From assembly GCA_052390255.1 (NCBI GenBank), contig JBQTHC010000006.1:842-64841 (forward strand): a stretch of 64,000 bases of DNA. Direction: 5' to 3'. This DNA comes from Microthrixaceae bacterium. GTDB lineage: Bacteria > Actinomycetota > Acidimicrobiia > Acidimicrobiales > VFJN01. Positions 18,011-27,205 of the stretch are shown piece by piece; position 1 is the first letter of the stretch, and each line of letters starts with the position of its first letter. Below the pieces are notes generated by a model that was not told the origin of the DNA, ran no database searches, and saw only the letters and a program-made list of their open reading frames with translations. The position numbers and the translations under genes were made by a program.

Positions 18011-20382
18011 CGCCGATCGCCGCTCCCGGCGAGCTCCCGCTCGGCCTCGAGGTCCCCGCGCACCGTCGTCGTGATCCGTCGATGCGTTGCGCCCGTCTCT
18101 CGCCGCAGGCGCAACCAGGGTCGCGGGTCCAGCCAGCGCCCGAGGCGCGTGCGACGTCGCGCCTGCGCTCGGATCGTCTCCCGGAGGGCAGCGCCCGATT
18201 CCTGGGCAAGCTCTGCATCGAGCTCGTCCGGTTCCTCAGCCGCGTAGCTCGCGAGCTCCGCGAGGCGAGACAGCCTCCGGAGGTGCATCGTCGCCGCGTC
18301 GTCGCCGAGCGCACCTGCAAGCTCGCGTGAACGCTCGGCGAGGGTGTCGCTGCGACGTTCCCGGTACCCGACGAGCGCAGCCTCCTCGACGACCTCGGCC
18401 CACTGCACATCGATGCGTGACGCGGGCGAGGTGGCGCGGCGGCGCCGCGAGCGCCGACGGAGCAGGAGCGCGAGCGGCACCACCACGACATAGGTCGCCG
18501 CCGCGACGGCGATCACGGGTGCGGTCGCGCGGATCGGCTGCACGAGGAACCTGCTGACCAGCGCGCGACCGCGTGAGCTCGCGCCCCCGCCCGTGCCCGA
18601 CCCCGTGTCCAGCTCCGCGTCGCGCCCCTGCGGACGGTTGGCCTCGCTCGGGATCGGCGGCGAGGTCGAGCCCGTCGTGGTCGGCGGCGAGGTCGTGGCG
18701 GTGCTCGGGTCGGATGTCGTGGCCTGCGCCACGGGGACTCCGGTGTAGGCCTCTGCGAACGGCTGGCCGCGCCCGGGGGTCGGCTCGAAGCTCACCCATC
18801 CCGCGCCCCTGAGGTACACCTCGGGCCACGCGTGCGCGTGCTCCCCGCGGACCCGGAAGAGGGTGGGATCATCCGGGTCCGCCTCGCCCTGGGTGAAGCC
18901 GACCGCGACCCGCGACGGGATCCCGATCGAGCGCGCCATCGCAGCGAAGGCCCCTGCGAACTGCTCGCAGTAGCCGCGCTGGGTGTCGAAGAGGAACTGC
19001 TCCAGCACGTCGTCGCTGTGGCCGCCTGACACGTTGAGGTCGTAGGTGAACGTGCGGAGGTGGTTCTGGAGCGCGAGCGCTGCCGCGTAGGGGGTGGCAC
19101 TGTCAGCGGTGAGGCGCTTCGCGAGGGCGCGCACGCGGGGGCTGAGGTCCTCCGGGAGCGCGAGGAACCGGTCGCGAATGGCTTGCGGGACGTCGCCGAT
19201 GGCGCCGTTCAGGTCCGCCGCGGTCAGTCGAGGTGACGCGGAGGTAACGCGGTAGCTGAGCCCGTCGCTCGTATCGGCCTCGCGATCCACGATCAGCGTG
19301 GCGGATCCCTGCTCGTAGAGCACGCCGACGCCGTCGGCGTCGATCGCGCGCGGCTCGTAGGCGCTCGGCAGCCAGATGGCCGCGAGCGTGCTGATCGTGA
19401 AGCGCTGGTCGAAGGTCTCCGCGGGGAGGTCGGCGGGGAGCGAGGTGGGAAGGGCGCCCGTGGCGTCGGCGTAGCTTCCGCTCGATGTCCAGATCGTGCC
19501 GTTGAAGCGGTCGAGCGCGGTGAGCCGCCAGTACGCAGGTTCGGGGGAGCGCACCGTGAAGACCTCGACGTTGCTCTGGTTGACGAGCCGCGACCGGATG
19601 TCGACGAGCGGGCTGATCGTGACCCGGGAGGAGCCCCCGTCGCGCAGCGCACGTGGATCGAGCACCCCCGGAGCGGTAGCGCCGGGGAGCAGCGGACCGA
19701 GGGAGGTCCCCGCGAGCACCGCCAGCGCGCCGAGCATCGTGCCCGCCGTCAGGAGCGACCGGTGGCCCGCGGCGGCGTGATCACCGACCCAGTGGCTCCG
19801 ACCGTCCTGACTGGAGGTCCGGTGGAGCAGCAGGAACGTGAGCACCGCCGCGGCGAACAGTCCCACTGTCCAGCCGCGCCCGCGGTCCTCGCCGAGGAGT
19901 GCGGTGAACAGGAACAGCGTTCCCGCGGGCAGTGTCGCCTCGAAGGGCACCCACACCCGGAAGGCCGCCCAGTCGGCGAGGTACGCGATGCACCACAACG
20001 CGATGCAGCTCGCGACGACGAAGCCCGTCTCGACCGGCGCCGGCGCGACCACGTCTTGGTAGAGCCCCCACGCGCGGGAGAGGTCGTCTCGCATGAGCGA
20101 GAAGGTGTCACTGGTGGGGATCCCGTACGCGGTGCTGTCACCGTACGACGTCCAGGTGGTGACGAGGATCGCTCCGGCGATCATGAGCAACCCGGTGGAC
20201 GGGAGGCCGAGACCGCGGCGCCGCGCGAGTGCGGCAACGGCGTGCGCTGCGACCGCGTTCACGATCAGCGGGCCGAGCCATCCGCCATCCGCGAAGAGCC
20301 GGCTCATGCCGACGACGGCCGCACAGGTGAGCGCCGCCAGCGCGATCTCAACGGTGAGGCGCAACCCTCGTGGCTCGTTCAT
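18007..20382 (-). CDS. transglutaminase-domain integral membrane protein
   Basis: Multi-TM N-terminus and a Cys-His-Asp core (RGYCEQFAGAFA, HAWPEVYL, VSFEPTP). ATG 20382 overlaps the DUF58 stop (ATGA). The upstream 400 codons of ORF 18007..21573 are a shadow. Confidence 0.85.
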   Translation of the reverse strand: MNEPRGLRLTVEIALAALTCAAVVGMSRLFADGGWLGPLIVNAVAAHAVAALARRRGLGLPSTGLLMIAGAILVTTWTSYGDSTAYGIPTSDTFSLMRDDLSRAWGLYQDVVAPAPVETGFVVASCIALWCIAYLADWAAFRVWVPFEATLPAGTLFLFTALLGEDRGRGWTVGLFAAAVLTFLLLHRTSSQDGRSHWVGDHAAAGHRSLLTAGTMLGALAVLAGTSLGPLLPGATAPGVLDPRALRDGGSSRVTISPLVDIRSRLVNQSNVEVFTVRSPEPAYWRLTALDRFNGTIWTSSGSYADATGALPTSLPADLPAETFDQRFTISTLAAIWLPSAYEPRAIDADGVGVLYEQGSATLIVDREADTSDGLSYRVTSASPRLTAADLNGAIGDVPQAIRDRFLALPEDLSPRVRALAKRLTADSATPYAAALALQNHLRTFTYDLNVSGGHSDDVLEQFLFDTQRGYCEQFAGAFAAMARSIGIPSRVAVGFTQGEADPDDPTLFRVRGEHAHAWPEVYLRGAGWVSFEPTPGRGQPFAEAYTGVPVAQATTSDPSTATTSPPTTTGSTSPPIPSEANRPQGRDAELDTGSGTGGGASSRGRALVSRFLVQPIRATAPVIAVAAATYVVVVPLALLLRRRSRRRRATSPASRIDVQWAEVVEEAALVGYRERRSDTLAERSRELAGALGDDAATMHLRRLSRLAELASYAAEEPDELDAELAQESGAALRETIRAQARRRTRLGRWLDPRPWLRLRRETGATHRRITTTVRGDLEAERELAGSGDRR

Positions 20383-21590
20383 CGCAGCACCGCCCTTGCG
20401 GTGCCCCGGGCGAGCTTCAGGCTCTGTACGTGCTGGTTCCAAGTCGCCGCGAACGGGGCGTCGCGGGTGACGCGCAGGACGGGGAGGCCGGCGCTCGGGG
20501 GCGGTGGGCCGGGCGCGCTCCCATCCCACGCGGAGCGATCGAGGTGCACGATGGTCAGCGAGCCGTACCGACTGCGCAGGGAGGCGAGGCCGCGCAGGTC
20601 CTCGGTGGGCACCTGCGCCACGATGATCACGAGCGCGCCGCCGGTGGAGCGGCGCGCGAGCATCTCGACGGATCGTCGGAGGCTTCCCGCGGACGCGGCG
20701 GGAACGACGGCGAGGTGCTCCATGATCGCTTCGATGTGATCCGAGCCTGGGGCGAAGTCGGAGTCGGATCCCGCGGTCGTGACGAGACGGATCAGGTCGT
20801 GACGCTTCGCCGTGGCCGCGACGATGCTCGCCGCGGCCGACACGGCGATCTCGAGCGAATCGCCCGCGTGGGCGGCCTTGCGAACGTCGAGCAGCACCGT
20901 GGGGCGGCCCTGCCACGGCAGCTCGCTCTGACGTACGAGCAGCTCGTCGTGACGAGCCGTCGAGGGCCAGTGAACCCGGCGCAGGTCGTCGCCGACCGAG
21001 TAGGGGCGCAGCGCGTAGAAGTCCTCGCCCGTGCGGCCGAGCGAGTTCGGCTGCCGCGCCCCCGCCAGAGGATCGTGCCCCACTGTGTACGGGAGCGGCG
21101 CGATGTCGTCGACCCGGGGGAACACGGTGACCTCCACCGCTGGAGCGGCGACCGTCGCGAGGCTCGTCAGGCCGAACGGGTCTCCGACGATCACCTCGAG
21201 CGGACCGACTCGCACGAGACCGCGGCGCTCCGTCGGGAGGCGGTAGGCCGCAACGGTCCGCTCTCCGCGTGAGAGCGGAGGCAACAGCAGGTCGGCGCCG
21301 CGCGTGTGTGAGACCGGGTCTCGCAGACGCAGCACCGGCGTGTGCGTCGCTCGTTGGTTGCGCACGGTCAGCTCGACCCGTGTGGGGGAGCCGACCTGGA
21401 CGCGCGCAGGGTGGATCGTGCGGCCCACCTCGAGCTCGAGCCGTGACAGGCCGACCACGATGACCGCCGTCAGGAGCAGCGCGGCGGCGACGATCCCGAG
21501 GGCGAACAGCTCCACGAGACCGAGCAGACGGCCGCCCCCGAGCAGGGCAAGGGTGCCGACCCCCACGAGCCACCCCGGGCGGGTGAGCAT
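20379..21590 (-). CDS. DUF58-domain protein
   Basis: N-terminal TM pair and GEDFYALRPYSVGDDLRRVHW, the DUF58 hallmark as I recall it. It sits between the MoxR and transglutaminase genes. Confidence 0.8.
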   Translation of the reverse strand: MLTRPGWLVGVGTLALLGGGRLLGLVELFALGIVAAALLLTAVIVVGLSRLELEVGRTIHPARVQVGSPTRVELTVRNQRATHTPVLRLRDPVSHTRGADLLLPPLSRGERTVAAYRLPTERRGLVRVGPLEVIVGDPFGLTSLATVAAPAVEVTVFPRVDDIAPLPYTVGHDPLAGARQPNSLGRTGEDFYALRPYSVGDDLRRVHWPSTARHDELLVRQSELPWQGRPTVLLDVRKAAHAGDSLEIAVSAAASIVAATAKRHDLIRLVTTAGSDSDFAPGSDHIEAIMEHLAVVPAASAGSLRRSVEMLARRSTGGALVIIVAQVPTEDLRGLASLRSRYGSLTIVHLDRSAWDGSAPGPPPPSAGLPVLRVTRDAPFAATWNQHVQSLKLARGTARAVLR

Positions 21591-21599
21591 CGTGGGTGG

Positions 21600-22577
21600 C
21601 TACCTCGGCTTGCCGGACGGCACCGGCACGCTGCGCAGCACCTCGCCGAGCGCATCGGCGGCGTTGATGCCCTGCAGCTGCGCCTCGGGGGTGACGAGCA
21701 GCCGGTGTGCGAGGACGGGCTCGGCGAGAGCCTTGAGGTCGTCGGGGACGACGTAGCTGCGGCCGCTCGCTGCCGCGCGCGATCGCGCGACGCGGTGCAG
21801 CGCCAGCGTCGCGCGCGGCGACCTGCCGAGCGCGAGGCTCGGGTGGCGACGCGACGCGCTCGCGAGGTCGACGAGATAGCTCTTGAGCGCGGGCGCGACA
21901 TGGACCTCGCGCGCCGCGGCGGTGAGCTGGCTGACCTGCTCCGAGGTGACGACGCTGCCGATGTCCTCGAGCGCGTCGTGCGTGCCGTGCGCCTCGAGGA
22001 TCTCGAGCTCCGCGTCCGGCGAGGGGTAGCCGACCGACACGCGCATGAGGAAGCGGTCGAGCTGCGACTCGGGGAGCGGATACGTGCCTTCGTGCTCGAT
22101 CGGGTTCTGCGTGGCGATCACCATGAAGGGCCGCGCCAGGGGATAGGTGGTGCCGTCGACGGTCACCTGTGCTTCGGCCATCGCCTCCAGCAGTGCCGAC
22201 TGCGTCTTGGGCGACGCGCGGTTGATCTCGTCAGCGAGCACGATGTTGTTGAACACGGGTCCGGGCCGGAAGTCGAACTCGCCCGAGGTGCGGTTCCAGA
22301 CGGTGAGGCCGACCACGTCGGTCGGGAGCAGGTCGGGGGTGAACTGCAGGCGACCGAAGGAAGCCTCGATCGACGCGGCGAGCGCCTTCGCGAGGCTGGT
22401 CTTGCCCACGCCGGGCACGTCCTCGATGAGCAGGTGCCCCTCAGACACGAGGCACAGGAGCACGAGCGCGATCACCTCGGGCTTGCCCTGGATCACGTGC
22501 TGGACGTTGGCGACGACCTCGTCGAATGCTTCGGCGAACGGCGCTCCCGACGCGGGGGTCTGCTGCCTTGTTGCCAA
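21600..22577 (-). CDS. MoxR-family AAA+ ATPase
   Basis: Walker A DVPGVGKT and Walker B IVLADEINRASPKTQSALLEAM. I place the start at TTG 22577 because AGGAG (22589-22585) lies 7 nt upstream, giving 325 aa. The longer listed ORF has an Arg/Pro-rich, non-protein-like N-terminus. Confidence 0.85.
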   Translation of the reverse strand: MATRQQTPASGAPFAEAFDEVVANVQHVIQGKPEVIALVLLCLVSEGHLLIEDVPGVGKTSLAKALAASIEASFGRLQFTPDLLPTDVVGLTVWNRTSGEFDFRPGPVFNNIVLADEINRASPKTQSALLEAMAEAQVTVDGTTYPLARPFMVIATQNPIEHEGTYPLPESQLDRFLMRVSVGYPSPDAELEILEAHGTHDALEDIGSVVTSEQVSQLTAAAREVHVAPALKSYLVDLASASRRHPSLALGRSPRATLALHRVARSRAAASGRSYVVPDDLKALAEPVLAHRLLVTPEAQLQGINAADALGEVLRSVPVPSGKPR

Positions 22578-22669
22578 GCGCGGGCTCCTGACGGTGGGAG
22601 GGCGGTCGGGCAAGGCTACGCCGAAGAAGGCCCCAGTGAGGTCGCGACGCTCCCTGTAGGTTCCCGCGG

Positions 22670-23539
22670 GTGCAGACCGTCCTCGCGGTTGACATCGGTG
22701 GGACCAAGGTGGCGGCCGCGGTCGTCGACGCGGAGGGGCGCCTCGTGCGTCGCGCCGCGCGACCGACCCCGACCACGCCGGACGCGGAGGCGGTGTTCGC
22801 CGCGGTCGTCGCGGCAGCCCTCGAGGTGCGAACCGGGGACGAAGAGGCCGTAGGCGTGGGGTGTGGCGGACCCATGGCACCACTCGGGGAAGCGGTCTCG
22901 CCGCTCAACATCGGCGCGTGGCGTGACTTTCCGCTCCGTCGGCGCTTGGTCGACGCGCTCGACCTGCCGGTCCACATCGACAACGACGCGAAGGCACTCG
23001 CGCTCGGCGAGGGTTGGGTCGGCGCAGCGCGCGGCGTGCAGGACTACCTCGCGATGGTGGTCTCCACCGGCGTGGGCGGTGGGATCGTGCTCGACGGCAG
23101 GCTGCTCGACGGCGCCGCGGGGAACGCAGGGCACATCGGCCACGTGATCGTGGAGCCCGAGGGACGCACCTGTGCCTGCGGAGCGCGAGGGTGCCTGGAA
23201 GCGGAAGCCTCGGGCACTGCGATCGCCGCTCGAACCGGACGCCCCGCGGCGGACGCACCACCGGAGGAGCGGAGGCGGGCAGGAACGCTTGTGGGCCGGG
23301 CCGTTGCGTCGGTGGCGAACCTGCTCGATCTCCGTCTCGCGGTGGTCGCGGGCTCGGTCGCGCTGGGGTTCGGCGACGTGTTCTTCGATGCCGCGCAAGC
23401 AGAGCTGGACCGGTCAGCGCGCCTCGCGTTCTCGTCCGGCGCGCGGATCGTTCCTGCCGCCCTCGGCGACGCCGCGCCGCTCGTCGGCGCGGCGGCGGTC
23501 GCGTGGCGTTCTCGGGCGATTCCTCCACCGCCCGGGTAG
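22670..23539 (+). CDS. ROK-family kinase (second copy in the window)
   Basis: VDIGGTK, HIDNDA and the zinc motif CACGARGCLEAEASG. The start codon is GTG. Confidence 0.8.
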   Translation: MQTVLAVDIGGTKVAAAVVDAEGRLVRRAARPTPTTPDAEAVFAAVVAAALEVRTGDEEAVGVGCGGPMAPLGEAVSPLNIGAWRDFPLRRRLVDALDLPVHIDNDAKALALGEGWVGAARGVQDYLAMVVSTGVGGGIVLDGRLLDGAAGNAGHIGHVIVEPEGRTCACGARGCLEAEASGTAIAARTGRPAADAPPEERRRAGTLVGRAVASVANLLDLRLAVVAGSVALGFGDVFFDAAQAELDRSARLAFSSGARIVPAALGDAAPLVGAAAVAWRSRAIPPPPG

Positions 23540-23600
23540 AGAGATCGCCCGAGAACGCACACGGGGTTCCGTGCGGCCGCCGCGGCTACCGTCGCCGGGG

Positions 23601-24857
23601 ATGGATCCCACCTACCCGCCCGAGGCCGACGCGTACCGGGAGAAGGTCCAGGCCTTCCTCGCCGAGCACCTGCCGGCGGGTTGGCGGGGCATCGGGGCCC
23701 TCGAGCGTGACCAGGTCGAGGAGTTCACCCGGTCGTGGCGGGTGATCCTCGGGGAGCACGGCTACCTCGCGTCGTCCTGGCCCATCGAGTACGGCGGCCC
23801 GGGTCTCACCGCGCTCGAGCAGGTCATCCTCGCGGAGGAGTTCCAGCGCGCCGGCGTGCCGCTCGGCGGCACGAACGACGTGTTCTCGATCCAGATGGTC
23901 GGCAACACGATCCTGCAGTGGGGGACGGACGAGCAGAAGCGCCACTTCATCCCGCGGATCCTCTCGGGTGAAGACGTCTGGTGCCAGGGGTACTCCGAGC
24001 CCAACGCCGGCAGCGACCTCGGCAACCTCGGTTGTCGGGCGGAGCTCGACGGCGACGAGTGGGTGATCAACGGTCAGAAGATCTGGACGTCGGCCGGTCA
24101 CCTTGCGAACTGGATCTTCGTCCTCACGCGCACCGATCCGGATGCAGGCAAGCACAAGGGGATCACGTTCCTGCTGTGCCCGATGGACCAGCCCGGCGTC
24201 GAGGTGCGGCCCATCAAGATGATCTCGGGCGAGAGCGAGTTCAACGAGGTGTTCTTCACGGACGCGCGCTGCCCGAAGGAGAACGTGGTGGGCGAGGTGA
24301 ACGGCGGCTGGGCGGTCGCGATGACCCTGCTCGGCTACGAGCGGGGTGAAGCGGCGGCAACGTTCCCGCTGATGTTCCGCACCGAGCTCGATCGACTCAG
24401 CGCTCTCGCGAAGGCGAGTGGCGCCACCGCGGATCCTCGGATCCGGCAGCGCCTGGCGTGGTGCCACAGCAAGGTCGAGATCATGCGGTACCTCGGGCTT
24501 CGCACGCTCACGCAGTTCCTCAACGGCCACCAGCCGGGCCCTGAGGCAGGCACCTTCAAGCTCTATTGGAGCGAGTACCACAAGGTGGTGACCGAGCTGG
24601 CGGTGGACATCCTCGGCACCGAGGCGATGACCCCGAGCGGACGCTGGCCCGCGTCGTCGTTCCAGACCGACGACCCTGGCGCGCCCAATGACAGCGCGAG
24701 CTGGGTGGGCACGTTCTTCAACGCGCGTGCGGGCACGATCTACGCGGGCTCGAGCGAGATCCAGCGCAACATCGTCGGAGAGATGGTCCTCGGGTTGCCG
24801 AAGGAGCCGCGCGCCGAGGGCGGCTCCTGGCGCGAGCAGCAAGGCGCCCGATCCTGA
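23601..24857 (+). CDS. acyl-CoA dehydrogenase
   Basis: CQGYSEPNAGSDL, WTSAGHLANW and IYAGSSEIQRNIV motifs. The start is ATG 23601. Confidence 0.85.
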   Translation: MDPTYPPEADAYREKVQAFLAEHLPAGWRGIGALERDQVEEFTRSWRVILGEHGYLASSWPIEYGGPGLTALEQVILAEEFQRAGVPLGGTNDVFSIQMVGNTILQWGTDEQKRHFIPRILSGEDVWCQGYSEPNAGSDLGNLGCRAELDGDEWVINGQKIWTSAGHLANWIFVLTRTDPDAGKHKGITFLLCPMDQPGVEVRPIKMISGESEFNEVFFTDARCPKENVVGEVNGGWAVAMTLLGYERGEAAATFPLMFRTELDRLSALAKASGATADPRIRQRLAWCHSKVEIMRYLGLRTLTQFLNGHQPGPEAGTFKLYWSEYHKVVTELAVDILGTEAMTPSGRWPASSFQTDDPGAPNDSASWVGTFFNARAGTIYAGSSEIQRNIVGEMVLGLPKEPRAEGGSWREQQGARS

Positions 24858-24886
24858 GGACTCGGTGGCTCCTCGGCGCCGCCGCG

Positions 24887-25105
24887 GTGGTCCTGCGCCA
24901 TCCGTCGCTGTGGCTCGTCGGGATCCGCCAGGCGGTCGTCCTCGCGCCGAGCGGCTGGTGGCGTCGGCCCCCGTTCCTGCCGATCCCGCATCGTGACTAC
25001 CTGCGGTTCCGGATCGAGACGGCCTACGGAGGCGCCGGAGATCACGCCCTCGTGCCCGGGGACCTCCTCACCTACCTTCGGTGGTGCCGGGACTTCAAGG
25101 GCTGA
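24887..25105 (+). CDS. small hypothetical protein
   Basis: 72 codons with very high third-position GC. The sequence is not Arg/Pro-biased (WWRRPPFLPIPHRDYLRFRIETAYGG). The start is uncertain because the frame is open upstream as far as the ACAD stop. Confidence 0.4.
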   Translation: MVLRHPSLWLVGIRQAVVLAPSGWWRRPPFLPIPHRDYLRFRIETAYGGAGDHALVPGDLLTYLRWCRDFKG

Positions 25106-25156
25106 GCGAACAATCCGGCCACCCGCGCCGCAGGCGCCGGCGGTAGCGTTCCGGCG

Positions 25157-25663
25157 ATGTCGGGCGCCCTCGTGCTCAACGCCACCTATGAGCCGCTCTG
25201 CGTCGTGCCCAGCCGGCGCGCCGCGGTGCTGGTGCTCGCGGAGCGCGCTGACGTCCTCCACGACACGGGCAAGGCGCTCCACTCGGAGCACCTCACCGTC
25301 CCCATCCCGTCAGTGATCCGTCTGCGAACCTTCGTGCGCGTCCCCTACCGACGCCGGGCCCCGCTCAACCGGCGGGGAGTCTTTGCCCGTGACGGCCATC
25401 GCTGTCAGTACTGCGGGGCGACCGCGGAGAGCATCGACCACGTCGTGCCCCGCAGCAAGGGCGGCGGGCACACCTGGGACAACGTCGTGGCCGCGTGCCG
25501 GCCCTGCAACGTGCGCAAGGGCGACCGCCTGCTCCACTCCACGTCCATGGAGCTGCGCCATGCGCCTCGGGTGCCGCGGGAGCTCACCTGGGTGGCGGTG
25601 GCGGTCGGCTCCGTGCCGGAGCACTGGGAGCCCTATCTGCGGCCCGCCACGCTGTCCGCCTGA
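25157..25663 (+). CDS. HNH endonuclease-family protein
   Basis: The motif is CQYCG...DHVVPRSKGGGHTWDNVVAACRPCNVRKGD. Confidence 0.85.
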   Translation: MSGALVLNATYEPLCVVPSRRAAVLVLAERADVLHDTGKALHSEHLTVPIPSVIRLRTFVRVPYRRRAPLNRRGVFARDGHRCQYCGATAESIDHVVPRSKGGGHTWDNVVAACRPCNVRKGDRLLHSTSMELRHAPRVPRELTWVAVAVGSVPEHWEPYLRPATLSA

Positions 25664-25666
25664 CGG

Positions 25667-26329
25667 GTGACCTGGCACGTCGAGCACCATCGCGAGTCAG
25701 CGGCGACGTTCCACGCACGTCCGCTGCCATCGGATCCGGCACGCGCGATCTCCACGTGCGATCCGACAGGACCGGCGCTCGTGCTGGGAAGCGCACAGCG
25801 TGACGACGTGGTGGACCGAGCGGCGTGTGCGCGCGCTGGGGTCGACGTGGTGCGCCGTCGCAGTGGCGGCGGTGCGGTGCTCGTCGAGCGGGAAGCGCTG
25901 TTGTGGGTTGACGTGCTCGTTCCCCGGTCAGACGAGCTGTGGCACTCCGACGTGGGGCGCTCGTTCGGCTGGCTGGGCGCCACCTGGCAACGAGCGCTCG
26001 CGGAGGTGGGGGTGTCCACGCGCGCCCACGAGGGACCGATGGTCACGACGCGCTGGTCGCGCCTCGTGTGCTTCGCCGGACTCGGACCGGGGGAGCTGAC
26101 CGACGAGCGCGGCCGCAAGGTGCTCGGCATGTCCCAGCGCCGCACGGCCACCGCGGCGCGCTTCCAGTGTGCGGTGCTGGCGCACTGGAGGCCCCAACGG
26201 CTCCTCGCGCTGCTGAGCCTCGACGCAAGCGAGCGCGATGCAGCCGCCGCCGACCTGGCCGAGGCGGCCGCTTCGTGCGGCGCTGATCTCGAGCACCTGC
26301 TCGCGGCGTTCCTGCGCCAGCTGCCGTAG
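25667..26329 (+). CDS. biotin/lipoate A/B protein ligase-family protein (LplA-like catalytic domain)
   Basis: VVRRRSGGGAVL motif and a later KVLGMSQRR lysine region. The GTG start lies 3 nt after the HNH stop. Confidence 0.6.
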   Translation: MTWHVEHHRESAATFHARPLPSDPARAISTCDPTGPALVLGSAQRDDVVDRAACARAGVDVVRRRSGGGAVLVEREALLWVDVLVPRSDELWHSDVGRSFGWLGATWQRALAEVGVSTRAHEGPMVTTRWSRLVCFAGLGPGELTDERGRKVLGMSQRRTATAARFQCAVLAHWRPQRLLALLSLDASERDAAAADLAEAAASCGADLEHLLAAFLRQLP

Positions 26330-26454
26330 CGCCTCGCGGTCGGTCGCCGAGGACCCGCGCGGAGCGCGCGCGCCCATGGCCGGCCTGACGGGGGGCATCG
26401 GGGCAGGAAAGGGGGAATCACACCCAGAGTGAGGAAGGGAATGGCAGGAATTGG

Positions 26455-26483
26455 TTGACCATGGTGATCAAAAGGCATACGGT
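26455..26483 (+). promoter_or_regulatory. candidate dcw (mraZ) promoter: TTGACC - 17 nt - TACGGT
   Basis: The -35-like hexamer is at 26455-26460 and the -10-like hexamer at 26478-26483. Both lie in the lowest-GC stretch upstream of mraZ and would give a leader of about 55 nt. Confidence 0.45.
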
Positions 26484-26544
26484 GGCGGGCGACGGCACAC
26501 GGGGGGTACGTGGTGCGTCTTTCGGTTCGACATGAGGCAGCGAC

Positions 26545-27021
26545 ATGGCAGAGCAGCGGGCTCACTTCATCGGGACCCATGAGCACGGTCTCGACGACAA
26601 GGGTCGCATGGTCCTGCCTGCCAAGATCCGTGCCCAGCTCGGGGAGAGCGGCGTGATCGGGAAGCTCGACGGCTGTCTCGGCCTCTGGACCCACGAGGGC
26701 TTCCTGGACGTCGCCACCGTCTTCGAGGACGCAGTCGAGGACGCGACGACCGAAGAGGAGCGCGAAGAGGCGCTCGACGCGATGCGGCAGTTCGTCGGTG
26801 ACGCAGCCGAGATCTCGCCTGACCAGCAAGGTCGCATCGTCATCAACTCGACGCTGCGCGAGTACGCGGGGCTCGGCTCGGACGTGGTCATCAAGGGCCT
26901 CATCCGTCGCGCAGAGATCTGGGACCGCGACACCTGGCACGCCAAGGCCGCACGCGGCGATGCGGCCGTCAACCGGAAGGTCCGCCAGCTCGGGCTGACC
27001 GGACGCCGCTCACCTCGGTGA
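26545..27021 (+). CDS. mraZ: transcriptional regulator MraZ
   Basis: FIGTHEHGLDDKGRMVLPAKIR and a second repeat DQQGRIVINSTLR. It is the first gene of the dcw cluster. Confidence 0.9.
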   Translation: MAEQRAHFIGTHEHGLDDKGRMVLPAKIRAQLGESGVIGKLDGCLGLWTHEGFLDVATVFEDAVEDATTEEEREEALDAMRQFVGDAAEISPDQQGRIVINSTLREYAGLGSDVVIKGLIRRAEIWDRDTWHAKAARGDAAVNRKVRQLGLTGRRSPR

Positions 27022-27205
27022 TCGACACCCACACGACGAACCCACAACACGAGAGGAGCGAGACGACAACCGAGATGCGAGGAGCGGCGTCGCTCCCCTG
27101 CAGTCCCCCGGGCAGCACGATGGAAGGCCCCCTCTCCGCCCGCTTCCCATCGAGTCCGTTCCGGGGAGACATCCCGGCGGGCACCAGCTCTCCGGGGGGC
27201 TGCAG

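Noticed and set aside
21600-22883. Long N-terminal extensions of several listed ORFs: MoxR from 22883, the 1188-aa version of the transglutaminase ORF 18007..21573, 800..2032, 32008..34521, 34289..36868, 36192..38258, 54611..58393 and 51061..52203.
   Set aside because: The extensions overlap the preceding gene and are Arg/Pro-rich. Family-typical N-termini begin at internal ATG/GTG/TTG codons that show SD sequences, 4-nt stop/start overlaps, or TANNNT hexamers.
25157-25663. The HNH endonuclease gene as a mobile homing-endonuclease element.
   Set aside because: There is no intron or intein host gene, no flanking repeats, no integrase or transposase, and no compositional deviation. It looks like a resident chromosomal HNH-fold protein.
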